Positions 43,701-53,200 of a stretch of 56,373 bases of DNA are shown in pieces. Both the position numbers and the translations under genes were made by a program. The first letter of the stretch is position 1. Each line of letters starts with the position of its first letter. The notes under the pieces are model-generated. The model saw nothing but the letters and a program-made list of their open reading frames with translations, ran no database searches and was not told the DNA's origin. Source of the DNA: an uncultured Clostridia bacterium (GTDB taxonomy: Bacteria > Bacillota > Clostridia > Oscillospirales > JAAYOS01); the NCBI GenBank assembly GCA_947585215.1, contig CANPWY010000002.1:1-56373 (forward strand), read 5' to 3'.

Positions 43701-44618
43701 CGCGAGTATGCGCTGATGCACCACCTGACCCTCGCGCACGAAGGTCATCATCAGGAAGTCGCTCACCGACAGGAGGTACAGCACCGTCTCCGGCGTCTTC
43801 GTCTCCGGCGTCTTCTCCTCCGGCGGAGCCATGACCGCGACCGCCGCGCCGCCTGCGGCGGCTTCGGCGGGGGAGACCGCGCTCTCGCCCGCGTCAACGG
43901 GTACGACGGCGTCCGCGCCGTCAGGCGCGGCAGGCGCGTCCGACGCGGACGGAGCCGCGGGCGCGGTCTTCGCCTTCTTCGGGGCGTGCTCTTTCTTCGG
44001 GGCGCGCGCCTTCTTCTGCTTTTGCTCCTTCTTCGGCGCGGGCACGGCGAAGCTCGCGCCGACGGCGTTTGCGAAGCTGTTTCCGCAGTAGTCGAGGCGC
44101 AGAACCTTCAGCCCGCAGTCGTTTGCGAGCCGGTAGTAGCTTTTGATTATCGTCTCCGGGACGGCCCAGAGCTGCACGGACTCCGCCGGTTCCTCCTCGG
44201 TCGAGTCCATGGGGCCGATGTCCGTCCAGACGAGGCGGCTGCCGCGCGTGTCCACGGGGAAGTAGATGTCGCGGTTGGTTTCGAGAGTCTTGCCGAGCAG
44301 CTTATCCTTCTGCGCGGCGGAGGTGAAGCGACCCTTCGCCGTGCGGACGGCCACCGTCTCGCTCAGCACCTGCGTGGAGCAGAGTATGAACACTGCGTTC
44401 TTCGTTCCCTTCAGCTCGGGACGGGCGAGCGCGGAGCGCAGAAGCTCGCGCACGGCCTCCGGCCGAAGGATGACGCCGTCCTCCACCGCGCCCTCCGGCA
44501 CGGGCAGAACGGCGGTGCCTCTCGGCTTCGGCTTCCTGCCGAGAGTCATGCAGGCTATGCGCATCTCCCGGCTCGAAAGCTGGATGACGAGCGCGCGGCC
44601 CGACAGTTTTTTATTCAT
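40758..44618 (-). CDS. pilM: giant PilM-PilN fusion protein with a C-terminal extension of about 700 aa
   Basis: Start at MNKKLSGRALVIQLSS with RBS GGAGGA. PilM actin-like N-terminal part split by a Lys/Pro/Ala-rich insert, a TM (FWQYGLLLAAGGVLAVTLL) and a PilN-like domain. Then a GTGSGS linker, DPxTG repeats and three Trp-rich repeats. Confidence 0.7.
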   Translation of the reverse strand: MNKKLSGRALVIQLSSREMRIACMTLGRKPKPRGTAVLPVPEGAVEDGVILRPEAVRELLRSALARPELKGTKNAVFILCSTQVLSETVAVRTAKGRFTSAAQKDKLLGKTLETNRDIYFPVDTRGSRLVWTDIGPMDSTEEEPAESVQLWAVPETIIKSYYRLANDCGLKVLRLDYCGNSFANAVGASFAVPAPKKEQKQKKARAPKKEHAPKKAKTAPAAPSASDAPAAPDGADAVVPVDAGESAVSPAEAAAGGAAVAVMAPPEEKTPETKTPETVLYLLSVSDFLMMTFVREGQVVHQRILAQGGPYVDELGDARMVLELYETERQGENNIRVVVCGAGSGDPEYIERVASTLRKPAEGQSGLIGTEWCLCAGVARTRLDFGDVEMNFPGRPNLLSKFWQYGLLLAAGGVLAVTLLTYFGSAFQWSTSLAGKNQTLQTLEVQLAPISGYEQNWNSYVNYYNSYTSDWQTLLGSDEEGAESPGALRTYNDNLVLILEELERVLPEGVSVYDIGIAPNGLGLRFVCEDEIDAAYTIQALRSLEYAGEPLYISDLTRGPNAPSGSEVLSVLSGAGLPAAGSAASGGTGLENAGVTLPEGLDLTLPGMEDLAAYGTSSEEPPVKGSGSAVLDAVDALDGISELTTQDKNTLKDIARRVAAGERINSSDVDAVKDIIGKVPEEKRRAVAVSMCAETSTEKYTLGYLMGRATEAQREDAFMAMLENPFALYLFGEQVWDSPEMIGSILGFGFLHQNLLPPGIMDKAAAAFAGAQTGNTDALRELIPIMKDMDLSSVKQLMTEFTAAHLTDCEALVMKDSDLSRVLAYYLAAEMGLDLSTGSSSGTGSGSSTGTGTGTGTGTGTGSGSGSGTAQKPTERDPETGMYIDPETGLLIVSGSDDLLYEKETKQYVDRATLEYIHRDTKQLFDLRTNLNIDRETKKLIDPETGEFVYPDPIYIDKMDKYSLLVTGVLQTRVGIDANDVNWEKTDWTSINWRVMSMDEIVETLCEQAWIQLLDIAYNPQTNRYYYTLYADPNNSSLYLDPRTGLRIASRTGRLVDSSGAVIDPTKRSELDELLDGVRQEAVIRRFAGVDADVNTADWSLVDWRELNWNTLASEENAERIADDLWPLPDVTEPEPDVSPEPDVGETVGVHADPNTGRLVDADGNPVDPMDVPTIAPVIEYLTGAVYEQNGIDLSGVDWSAIDWRGIDIENWNQEGLQNLLGQVMQQLSGGAFPGELGGGEQEQPQDNRIFFTVALPYKESLIQAELERKGLSRADMRQRLEVAFE

Positions 44619-44695
44619 CAGGTATCCTCCTTGCGTAAGTGGGTACGGCAGGGACGGCAGGAACGTTTCCGCCGGCTCTGCCGCGCCCACGGCGC

Positions 44696-45457
44696 TTAAA
44701 ACCCGAAAAGCCCCAGATATGCGGCGATGGCCCGCTCCCCGAACAGGGCGGCAAGCCATATCCCCGCCGAGAGGTAGGGTCCGAAGGCGAGCATGTGTTC
44801 CGCGCCGCGCGCCATCCGTATCAGATGGTGGACGCAGCCGATGAGGCTGCCGACCGCGAGCGCCGGAAGTATCCTCTGCCACCCGAGCAGCAGTCCGGCC
44901 GCCGCGAGCAGCTTCACGTCCCCGAGGCCGATGAGCCTTCCCCCGGAGGCGAGCCAGAGGAGCAGGAGCGGAACGCTCACGCACGCGGCGCCGATGAGGT
45001 ACGAGTACCAATGCGGATAGTCCGCCGCGAGCTGCACGAGCCCGAGCACAGCCACGGCTATGGTGAGCCCGTTCGGTATCTCCATGGTGCGCGCGTCTAT
45101 GACGGCGATAACTGTGAGCACCGACGAGAGCGCGCAGTACAGCGCGGCGCGCACCGGCTCCTCCCAAAAGAGCAGGCAGCACAGGAGCCACGCGGCTCCG
45201 TTCAGTGCCTCCACCGCCGGGTACTGCGGTGAGAGCTTCGCGCCGCAGGCGCGGCACCGTCCGCGCTGGAGGACGAAGCTCACGACCGGGATGAGCTCGT
45301 ACCACCGCAGAGTGTGGCCGCAGGACATGCAGTGCGAGCGGGTGCGGACGAAGTCCTCGCCCTTCGGTATGCGGAAGATGAGCACGTTGCAGAAGCTGCC
45401 TGCGCACATACCCACAAGCGTTATAAAGCAGAGCGCGAGAGCCCGCATACGGCTCAT
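44696..45457 (-). CDS. pilD: prepilin peptidase (A24 family)
   Basis: GSFCNVLIFRIP, Zn-finger-like CMSCGHTL...CRACGAKL, multi-TM, GLGDVKLL. The start is 45457 or the ATG at 45448. Confidence 0.85.
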   Translation of the reverse strand: MSRMRALALCFITLVGMCAGSFCNVLIFRIPKGEDFVRTRSHCMSCGHTLRWYELIPVVSFVLQRGRCRACGAKLSPQYPAVEALNGAAWLLCCLLFWEEPVRAALYCALSSVLTVIAVIDARTMEIPNGLTIAVAVLGLVQLAADYPHWYSYLIGAACVSVPLLLLWLASGGRLIGLGDVKLLAAAGLLLGWQRILPALAVGSLIGCVHHLIRMARGAEHMLAFGPYLSAGIWLAALFGERAIAAYLGLFGF

Positions 45458-45576
45458 CTCCTTTCGGCTTTTGTCTGGGTTTCCGAGACACGAGCCCGAC
45501 CCGCCCGGTCGATAGGAGCCGAGCGGGCCGGAAATTATAGTGGTACGGAATGGTACTGTTGGGTATTGGTTAGAAA

Positions 45577-46020
45577 TCAGGTAGTGGGCTTCCATTCATT
45601 AGCGGTCCAAGTAGCCCCTTTAGTCTTGTATGTTTCACTCTTGAATGTCACAACCGATTCTGCAGTGGAATTAGCGTCACCAAAATACAGAAGCTTGAAA
45701 GTATTCTGCTGAGTTGGCGAAGCATTGGCGCCCGTACCAAAAAGAACAGTATTGTTCACTGTTACCGTCTTTTCATCTGCGCTGACTATAATTTTGGTAA
45801 TCCCCTCGGTGAAACTGCTGTCCGCAGACATAGCAGCCGAGGCGGCAGAGGATACGCCTGCAAGACTGGTCAGGTCAGCGGCTTCGTCAGCCTTCTTTAT
45901 GTAGCCGGTGTAGGCCGGGTAGGCTACTGCGGCGAGTATCGCGAGGATGGCGATGACCACAACAAGCTCCACCAGAGTAAAGCCTTCACGGGCGGCCATC
46001 CTTCTCCAGAAGTTTTTCAT
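45577..46020 (-). CDS. type IV major pilin candidate (147 aa)
   Basis: MKNFWRRMAAREG/FTLVELVVVIAILAILAAVAYPAYTGYIKKA. RBS AAAGGA upstream of the ATG at 46020. Confidence 0.8.
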   Translation of the reverse strand: MKNFWRRMAAREGFTLVELVVVIAILAILAAVAYPAYTGYIKKADEAADLTSLAGVSSAASAAMSADSSFTEGITKIIVSADEKTVTVNNTVLFGTGANASPTQQNTFKLLYFGDANSTAESVVTFKSETYKTKGATWTANEWKPTT

Positions 46021-46122
46021 GGTGATCAATCCTTTCATAAAGAGTTTTCGCTTTGTATCTTCAAGCGGAGCGCCTATCCGCCCCGCAGGATACCGTTTCC
46101 GGGTGCGCCCGGGCGGGCGCGG

Positions 46123-47340
46123 TTACAGGTACTGGTCGTATGCGTGGGTCATGCTGAGCATCGGCAGGAATATCGAGAGCACGATGATGACGACGAACAC
46201 CGCCATCAGCAGTATGACCGCCGGCTCCATCAGCGCGAGGAGACGGTCGGTCGCCTCCTGAACCTCCTCGTCGTAGTAGTCCGCGACCTTGGAGAGCGAG
46301 CCCTGAAGGTCGCCGGCCTCCTCGCCGACGCTGACGAGGTTTATCACCATCGCGGGGAACATCCCCGTGTCCCGCAGGCTCACGGCGAGCGGCCAGCCCT
46401 GCGAGATGAGGCCGCTCACGGTGTGCAGCGCGTCCTCAAACCAGATGTTTGTCATGTTGCCTGCGGTGAGGTCGAGACTTTCGAGCAGCGTCAGTCCCGA
46501 GCCGAGCAGCAGCGAGAGCGTGCGGGTCATCGTGGCGCAGGCGGAGCGGACGGTGAGCCGTCCGAACACCGGGGCCTTCCGCGCGATGAGGCCGAAGAAG
46601 TGCCGCCCCCTGCTCGTCCTGTTGAACATTATGCCGCCGACGACGAGCGCCACGAGCGTGCCGACGAGCAGCCACCACCACGCGACGAACCAGTCGCTCA
46701 CCGCCATGACGCACTGCGTAAGGAACGGCAGCTCGACATCCATCTGCGTGAAGGTCTCAAGGAAGCTCGGGATTATCTTTGTCATCATCACGATGAGCAC
46801 CGCTATCATAACGACGAGGAGGATGCACGGGTAGATCATCGCCTTGCCGACGGCGCCTTTCGTGCGCCGCGCCTTGTCGAAGTAGGTCTCCATCTGCCTG
46901 AAGGAGTCCTCGAGGTTGCCGGAGTCCTCGCCGGCGGCGACCATGTTTGACATCATCGGCGGGAATATCTTTCCCTGCCGCCGCATCGCGCCCGCGAGCG
47001 TCTCGCCCTTCTCGACGTCCGCCTGTATCTCGCGTATGGCGGCGGCGAGGCGCTTGTTCTCGGTCTGCTGACCGAGCATCGACAGCACCGACGCGAGCGG
47101 CACGCCCGCCCGCAGTATCGACACGAACTGGCGGCAGAATACCGCCATATCCTTCGAGGAGGGCTTGCCGAATATCGGAATGTTTATGTCCCGCTCCAAA
47201 AGGCCCGGCCGCTTTATCTCGACGACGGTGTAGCCAACTCCGCGCAGGGAGAGCTTCGCCATCTCCATCGTCGCCGCCTCTATTGAGCCGTGTATCGGCT
47301 TTCCCGTCACGTTTATGGCGGTGTAGGAAAACGCGGGCAT
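46123..47340 (-). CDS. pilC: type IV pilus platform protein (GspF/PilC family)
   Basis: 405 aa, two GspF-type repeats, 3 TM segments. Typical motifs FCRQFVSILRAGVPL and GEEAGDL. Confidence 0.9.
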   Translation of the reverse strand: MPAFSYTAINVTGKPIHGSIEAATMEMAKLSLRGVGYTVVEIKRPGLLERDINIPIFGKPSSKDMAVFCRQFVSILRAGVPLASVLSMLGQQTENKRLAAAIREIQADVEKGETLAGAMRRQGKIFPPMMSNMVAAGEDSGNLEDSFRQMETYFDKARRTKGAVGKAMIYPCILLVVMIAVLIVMMTKIIPSFLETFTQMDVELPFLTQCVMAVSDWFVAWWWLLVGTLVALVVGGIMFNRTSRGRHFFGLIARKAPVFGRLTVRSACATMTRTLSLLLGSGLTLLESLDLTAGNMTNIWFEDALHTVSGLISQGWPLAVSLRDTGMFPAMVINLVSVGEEAGDLQGSLSKVADYYDEEVQEATDRLLALMEPAVILLMAVFVVIIVLSIFLPMLSMTHAYDQYL

Positions 47341-47363
47341 ATTCCTCTCCTCCTCTCCTGAAA

Positions 47364-48425
47364 TTACAATCTGACCCGCTGGACCGCGCCGACGGCGTCC
47401 GGGTCGTTTGCGGCGGAAGCCGCCGTCTTTGCGTCTATCTCGCCGGAGCGGACGAGCGCCGCGAGCGCGTCGTCAAGCGGGGCCATGCCCTGCTTCTTGC
47501 CCGTCTGCATGGCGTTGGGTATCTGGAAGGACTTGTTCTGCCGGATGAGGCTCTTTACGGCGGGCGTTCCGACCATTATCTCGAAGACCGCCCTGCGCCC
47601 TCCTCCGATCTTGGGCAGGAGCGTCTGCCCGATGACGCATTCGAGCACGTCCGCGAGCTGTATGCGTATCTGCTCCTGCTGTTCGGCGGGGAAGACGTCG
47701 ATGATTCGGTCGATGGTGTTCGCCGCGCCCTTGGTGTGGAGCGTTCCGAAAACGAGGTGGCCGGTCTCGGCGGCGGTGATGGCGGTCGATATCGTCTCAA
47801 GGTCGCGCATCTCGCCGAGGAGTATCACGTCCGGGTCCTGACGGAGGGCGGCGCGCAGTCCGGCGGCGAAGCTGCCGGTGTCGCGCCCGATCTCGCGCTG
47901 GTTGATGATGCACCCGGCGGGACGGTGGACGTACTCGATGGGGTTCTCAAGGGTGATGATGTGCCGCCGCGCCGTTCGGTTGACGTGGTCGAGCAGCGCC
48001 GCGAGCGTCGAGCTCTTGCCGGAGCCTGTCGGCCCCGTCACAAGCACGAGCCCGCGCGGCTTTTCCGCCTGCTCGATTATCACCGGGGGCAGGAGCAGGT
48101 CCTTTGCCGTCGGCACCGTGAGCGGAAGCAGACGGAGCGCGAGGGCGGTGTGCCCCTGCTGGCGGAAGATGTTGCAGCGCATGCGCACGGTCTCAAGAAC
48201 GGTGACGGCGAAATCGGTCTCGCCGAGGTCGTGCAGCTCGCGCATCTGCGCGTCGTCCGCAAGCTCGCGGGCGGCGGCGTCGAGCTCACGGTCGGTGAGG
48301 GGCTTGTCCCCAAAGTCGGTGAGCGCGCCGTCGATGCGGAGGATGGGCGGCACGCCCTCGGTGAGGTGAATATCGCTCGCGCCGCGCCGCCGCGCCGCGT
48401 CGATAAGCGCTGTAAGGTCCATCAC
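47364..48425 (-). CDS. pilT: type IV pilus retraction ATPase PilT
   Basis: 353 aa. ASDIHL, Walker A GPTGSGKSTT, ITLENPIEY, ILLGEMRD, GHLVFGTLHT. Confidence 0.9.
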   Translation of the reverse strand: MMDLTALIDAARRRGASDIHLTEGVPPILRIDGALTDFGDKPLTDRELDAAARELADDAQMRELHDLGETDFAVTVLETVRMRCNIFRQQGHTALALRLLPLTVPTAKDLLLPPVIIEQAEKPRGLVLVTGPTGSGKSSTLAALLDHVNRTARRHIITLENPIEYVHRPAGCIINQREIGRDTGSFAAGLRAALRQDPDVILLGEMRDLETISTAITAAETGHLVFGTLHTKGAANTIDRIIDVFPAEQQEQIRIQLADVLECVIGQTLLPKIGGGRRAVFEIMVGTPAVKSLIRQNKSFQIPNAMQTGKKQGMAPLDDALAALVRSGEIDAKTAASAANDPDAVGAVQRVRL

Positions 48426-50170
48426 GGCATTCCTCCGAGAATGTCGTCCGCCTCGCCGAAGTCGTCCTCCATGCTTATCCGCTGCATTTCACTGAGGCTC
48501 GTCGTTCCGTCGAGGACGAGACTGCGCGCGTTCTCGCGGATGGTGTGCATTCCCTCCTGCATGGCCGCGCGGCGGAGCGCGTCGGTCGTGCTTCGGCGGG
48601 CGATGAGCGCGCGGAGAGCCGGGGTTATCTCCATTATCTCGTAGACGGCGATGCGGTCGTAGTAGCCGGTGCCGCCGCAGCGCGTGCAGCCGTGCGGCTC
48701 CCAGAGGACGGTCGAGTCGCGCTCCTCCTCCGGGATGTCGAGGTAGTCCGCCTCGTGCGGAAGTATCGGACGGCTCGTGCGGCAGCTGGGACAGAGACGG
48801 CGCACGAGGCGCTGGGCGATGATGCCCGCGGTCGCGTCCGCGATGAGGTAGCTTTCAACGCCCATGTCTAAGAGGCGCGTGACACTGCTCGCAGTGTCGT
48901 TCGTGTGGAGCGTGCTCACCACGAGGTGGCCGGTGATGGACGCCTGCACCGCGATCTCGGCGGTCTCTCCGTCGCGTATCTCGCCTATCATGATGATGTC
49001 CGGGTCCTGACGGAGTATGGAGCGCAGCGCGCTTGCGAAGGTGAGGTTTGCGCGGGGGTTCACCTGTACCTGATTGACGCCCTCGATGTTAGCCTCTATA
49101 GGGTCCTCGACGGTGACGATGTTTACCGCCTCGCTGTTGAGGCCGCTGAGGGCGGTGTACAGCGTGGTCGACTTGCCGGAGCCCGTCGGCCCGGTGACGA
49201 GGACGATTCCGTTCGGCTTCTCGAGTATCTTGTCAAACTTCCGCAGGTTCTCGCCCGTGAGACCGAGCGACTCCTTGTCGCGGCTGAGGGCGCGCTTCTG
49301 CGCAAGACGCATCACGCACTTCTCGCCGTAGGCGGTCGGCAGCGTCGAGACGCGCACCTCGTACTCCATGTGGTCGACGGTGATGGAAAAACGTCCGTCC
49401 TGCGGGATGCGCTTCTCCGAGATGTCCAGCCCGCTTATTATCTTCACGCGGGTGACGATGGCGGCGAGCAGGCTCGTGTCGTATGTGGACTGGAGGTAGA
49501 GCACGCCGTCCACGCGGAACCGCACGCGGACGCGGTCGGCCTCCGGCTCGATATGTATGTCGCTCGCCCTCTGGCGCACCGCCTGCTCAACAAGCGAGTT
49601 GACGAGCATGACGACCGGGGAGGAGCTGACGTCCGCATGGATGAGCTCGTCCTCGAGGGTGTGCTGCTGCTCGCCCACCTGCGCGCTTGCGTACTGCTCC
49701 GCCGCCGCGGCCATCTCCTGGCGGCCGTAGTAGCGGTCGATGGTGCGGAGGATGTCCGCCGTGGTCGCGAGGAACGGGCGCACCCTGTACTTGCTCGTGA
49801 GGGCGACGACGTCGCGCCCCTTCATGTTCATCGGGTCGCTTATCGCGACGCGGAGGGTGCCGCTGTCCGCTGGGTCGACGGCGAAGGGTATGACCTCGTT
49901 TGCGCGGAGCAGCTCCGCCGGGACGAGCCGCCGCACCTCCGGCGGTATCTTTACCTCGTAGAGCTGCACCATCGGGAAATGCGACAGGCGCGAGAGTATC
50001 TCTATTATCTTTTCCTCGGGGACGAGGCCCCTTTCAAGCAGCAGCTCGCGCACCGCGCGGTGGGAGCTCTGATGCTCCTGCCACAGCTCCTGCGCCTGCT
50101 CGCGGTCTATGAGACCCTGCCGGTAGAGTATTCTAAGCAGTTGTTCGTTCAATGTCGGGCCTCCTTTCAT
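48422..50170 (-). CDS. pilB: type IV pilus assembly ATPase (GspE/PilB family)
   Basis: N-terminal MshEN-like domain, Walker A GPTGSGKSTT, IMIGEIRD, a tetra-Cys motif CPSC...CTRCGGTGY. An alternative TTG start at 50152 has a strong AAAGGAGG RBS. Confidence 0.9.
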   Translation of the reverse strand: MKGGPTLNEQLLRILYRQGLIDREQAQELWQEHQSSHRAVRELLLERGLVPEEKIIEILSRLSHFPMVQLYEVKIPPEVRRLVPAELLRANEVIPFAVDPADSGTLRVAISDPMNMKGRDVVALTSKYRVRPFLATTADILRTIDRYYGRQEMAAAAEQYASAQVGEQQHTLEDELIHADVSSSPVVMLVNSLVEQAVRQRASDIHIEPEADRVRVRFRVDGVLYLQSTYDTSLLAAIVTRVKIISGLDISEKRIPQDGRFSITVDHMEYEVRVSTLPTAYGEKCVMRLAQKRALSRDKESLGLTGENLRKFDKILEKPNGIVLVTGPTGSGKSTTLYTALSGLNSEAVNIVTVEDPIEANIEGVNQVQVNPRANLTFASALRSILRQDPDIIMIGEIRDGETAEIAVQASITGHLVVSTLHTNDTASSVTRLLDMGVESYLIADATAGIIAQRLVRRLCPSCRTSRPILPHEADYLDIPEEERDSTVLWEPHGCTRCGGTGYYDRIAVYEIMEITPALRALIARRSTTDALRRAAMQEGMHTIRENARSLVLDGTTSLSEMQRISMEDDFGEADDILGGMP

Positions 50171-50278
50171 GGTGTGGGAGCGCTCAAGCCGCAGCCGGCA
50201 GCCTCCGGCCGCAGCTTCGGCGTTCCCCTTGGGGGTGGGGGCGCTTTCGCGCCCCCACACGGGCGTAAGGGGAGGGAT

Positions 50279-53200
50279 TTACGGAATTTCAATCACCGGA
50301 ACAACCGTGATCGGGGTGTTGCTGTTGCCGGATGTGACGGTGATGGTGCAGAAGTCCTCGTCAAAGTAGTTCAACTTGAGTTCTGCAAGCTTCAAATCTT
50401 GGATAGCCTTGAGGAAGTCCAAGAGTTTTGTCTGAGGCTGCTTAGCAATATCCTCCAGAGCCTGCTTTGTAAGCGTCTTTTCGGTATTGATAGTTCCACC
50501 AAATTTGACTGTGACCTCCACGTTACGGTTTGCAAGAGCGTTGGCGCCTCTCTTGATATAGCTAATAATCGACTGACCGTACTTATCGATCAGGGAAGTG
50601 CCGTCCCCTCCGCCGGCAGTACCGGTAGAGGCAAGTTTAGTGATGTTGTCGAGCGTCGTAATCAGTTCTTCAACCGTGAGGTTGGCGATGGACTCGATGC
50701 TGCCAAGGCCGGCAAGTTCTCCAAGCACGGTACCGAGCTCGACACCGTTGACTTTCCCTTCAAGCTGATGGTCGAGCTGATCCCCGATAGTCTCGTCAAG
50801 AACCTCCGTCATAGCAACGTAGCAATTTGTCTTCTCGACGTTGTTGCCCCAGTGGTCGTCAATGATAGCAGCATAGACGAAGTTGCTAATAGCAGGATCC
50901 AACTCGTCCAACACATCAAAGTTTAATCCGCCACTCGTTGCGCTGCCGCTCTGCGACTGCGAGTTGATCAGGCCAAGGAAACTTGTGATTGCATCCTCAA
51001 AGTCAGCAAGAGGAGTCTTATTGTTCTCATCACCAAATATGGTTTCAACAAAGCCGTCAAACATTGCTTCCATGGCAGGTCTACCGTTGGCAAAATCGCT
51101 CTTCAGCCTTGTCATTTCGGTATTGAAGTAACTTACAGCGCCTTTCGTAACTTCTCCAATGAGCCCTGCGTCAGTAGCGGTGGTTCCGTAGAAGGCAGAG
51201 TTGTCCAACTTGTCAGCCAGATTGCCTGTGTTCGCGTTCGGACCCCAATAGTGCTCATACAGCACGTTGTTATTCAGGTCTGTGGAATTGAGGTTTGCGG
51301 TAATCCAACTGCTAATAGCGGTCGTTACCTGAGTTGTAGCCGCAGTTTTATCAGTTGTGTTGTTGAACTGAGCGATTGCATCAATCAGCTGTTTGAAAGA
51401 CGCATCTTTTACTATCGAACTCTCAACCCCGCTGATCTTATCGGTAAAGGCTTTGCTCTTCATGAAGCTCTCGACGACCGTATTGATCTCCGCGCTGTAA
51501 TTGCCCTGAACCGAGGTCGGGATAGTCACCTTTATGTAGTCGGCGCCCGCTACGTGTTTGTAGGACAGAACCTTACCCTCATCGGAAAGCGTCAGAGCCA
51601 CAACGACGTCATACTTGTACGGATACTTATCGAGGTTCTTGACGCTTACAGTCTTAAACTCCAGCTCAATGGTGGCACCCATCTTGACGTCCGAGGTGTA
51701 GTCCTGCGTATTATTCTCCTGCGCGCTCTTATAGAGTTCCTTTGCAAGAGCGACACCGAGGTTCTTCGCAACCGTCGTTTTGTCTCCGTCAAGCGTGAGA
51801 GCGTGAGTGGTTTCGTCAACCGTTATCTTCGCGCTTGCACCGTTGACCTCGACGGTCATTTCGCTGATCGCATCGGTCAGGCCACAGCCTGCAAGTATCT
51901 TATTGCGAGCCTGCTGAGCGCCCCATGTGTACAGGCTGTCAACGATAGCGCGCACGCCGCTGCCGTCGATGGGCGCACCGATCGCTTCCGCTACGTCCTC
52001 AACAAGCTTGGTGAGCTGCTCCCTGTAATAGCTCACATCCTTTGCAGCTTCCTCGCCGAGAGCGCCGCTTGCAATTTGCGCTGCGATCTCAACGATCTTG
52101 TTCTCCATCGTGAGACCCTGAATGGAAGCAGAGCCGTCAACGTAGATGTTACGAGTATTAGCTGCCGTGTCGGTGTCGGTGCCGGTAACTGCCACACGGT
52201 CAAGAGTAACGTTGCCGTATGTCAGCGCCGCCTTCGCGTCCGGGTCGTTTTCTACCGCAAGGTGCTTGCCGTTGAACCAACCCTTGGCGTTCTGCTCGGC
52301 GTTCTGCATGGCCGCAAAGAGCAGATCCTCAGTATTGACAAACTGCGGGACGAGGGTGACGTTGCCGGTGAGGGTGATAACGTCGCCAGCGGTGTACTTT
52401 TTCTCTGCGTTGTTTTTGTCGACCCAGTTAGCAAATGCCTCATTCACTGGTGCTTCGGGGTTTCCGGCGACCGGGTCTTTTACGTATGTATCCCAGCTCA
52501 GAACGGTATGCGTTACATCGGCACCGGTTTCCTTCTGCGTCTCAGTCCTGGTGATGCTGTGACCGCCGTTGGGCATGTCATAAGTCACGGTGAAGGAATC
52601 GAGACTAGGCTCGCTCGGACCGCTCGGGGTGCTTGGATAGTAGTAGCCGCCACCGGACGTATCCGGCTTCTTCTCCTCGGTCTTGGCCGCGAAGCGGGCG
52701 ACGACCGTGGCGACCTCAGCACGGGTCGCGCCGTTGTTCGGCTTGAAGGTGCCGTCCGCGTAGCCGCCGATGAGGCCGTAGGCGACGCAGTTCGTCAGCG
52801 CGTCCATGTAGGACTCGGAGAGGCTCGCCGTGTCGGTAAAGGTCTTCGTCTCCTTGGAGGCCTCGGGGGTCTTGCCGGTCTCGGCGGCGAGATACTTGAC
52901 GTACCTGCTCATGATGATGCACATTTCGATACGGGTAATGGCCGTGTTCGGGTCAAAAACCGTTTCGGAACGGCCGAGAACGATGCCGTTCTCATTTGCC
53001 CACGTCACCGCGCCGGTGTACCACGTATTTACGGGCACATCCGGGAATTTGGTGACGGAGTTGTCCGTCTCGGCCTTCGCCATACGGCTGATGACCGTGA
53101 CGAACATCGCGCGGGTCATGGCGTCGGACGGCTTGAAGGTTCCATCGGCATAGCCGTTGAAATAGCCGCTCTTCGTGACCGTGTCCACGCTCTCGTAGAA

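Noticed and set aside
44619-45491. N-terminal 291-aa extension of the PilM-PilN ORF, overlapping pilD
   Set aside because: It overlaps the prepilin peptidase gene in another frame. The MNKKLSGRAL start has a good RBS just after the pilD stop.
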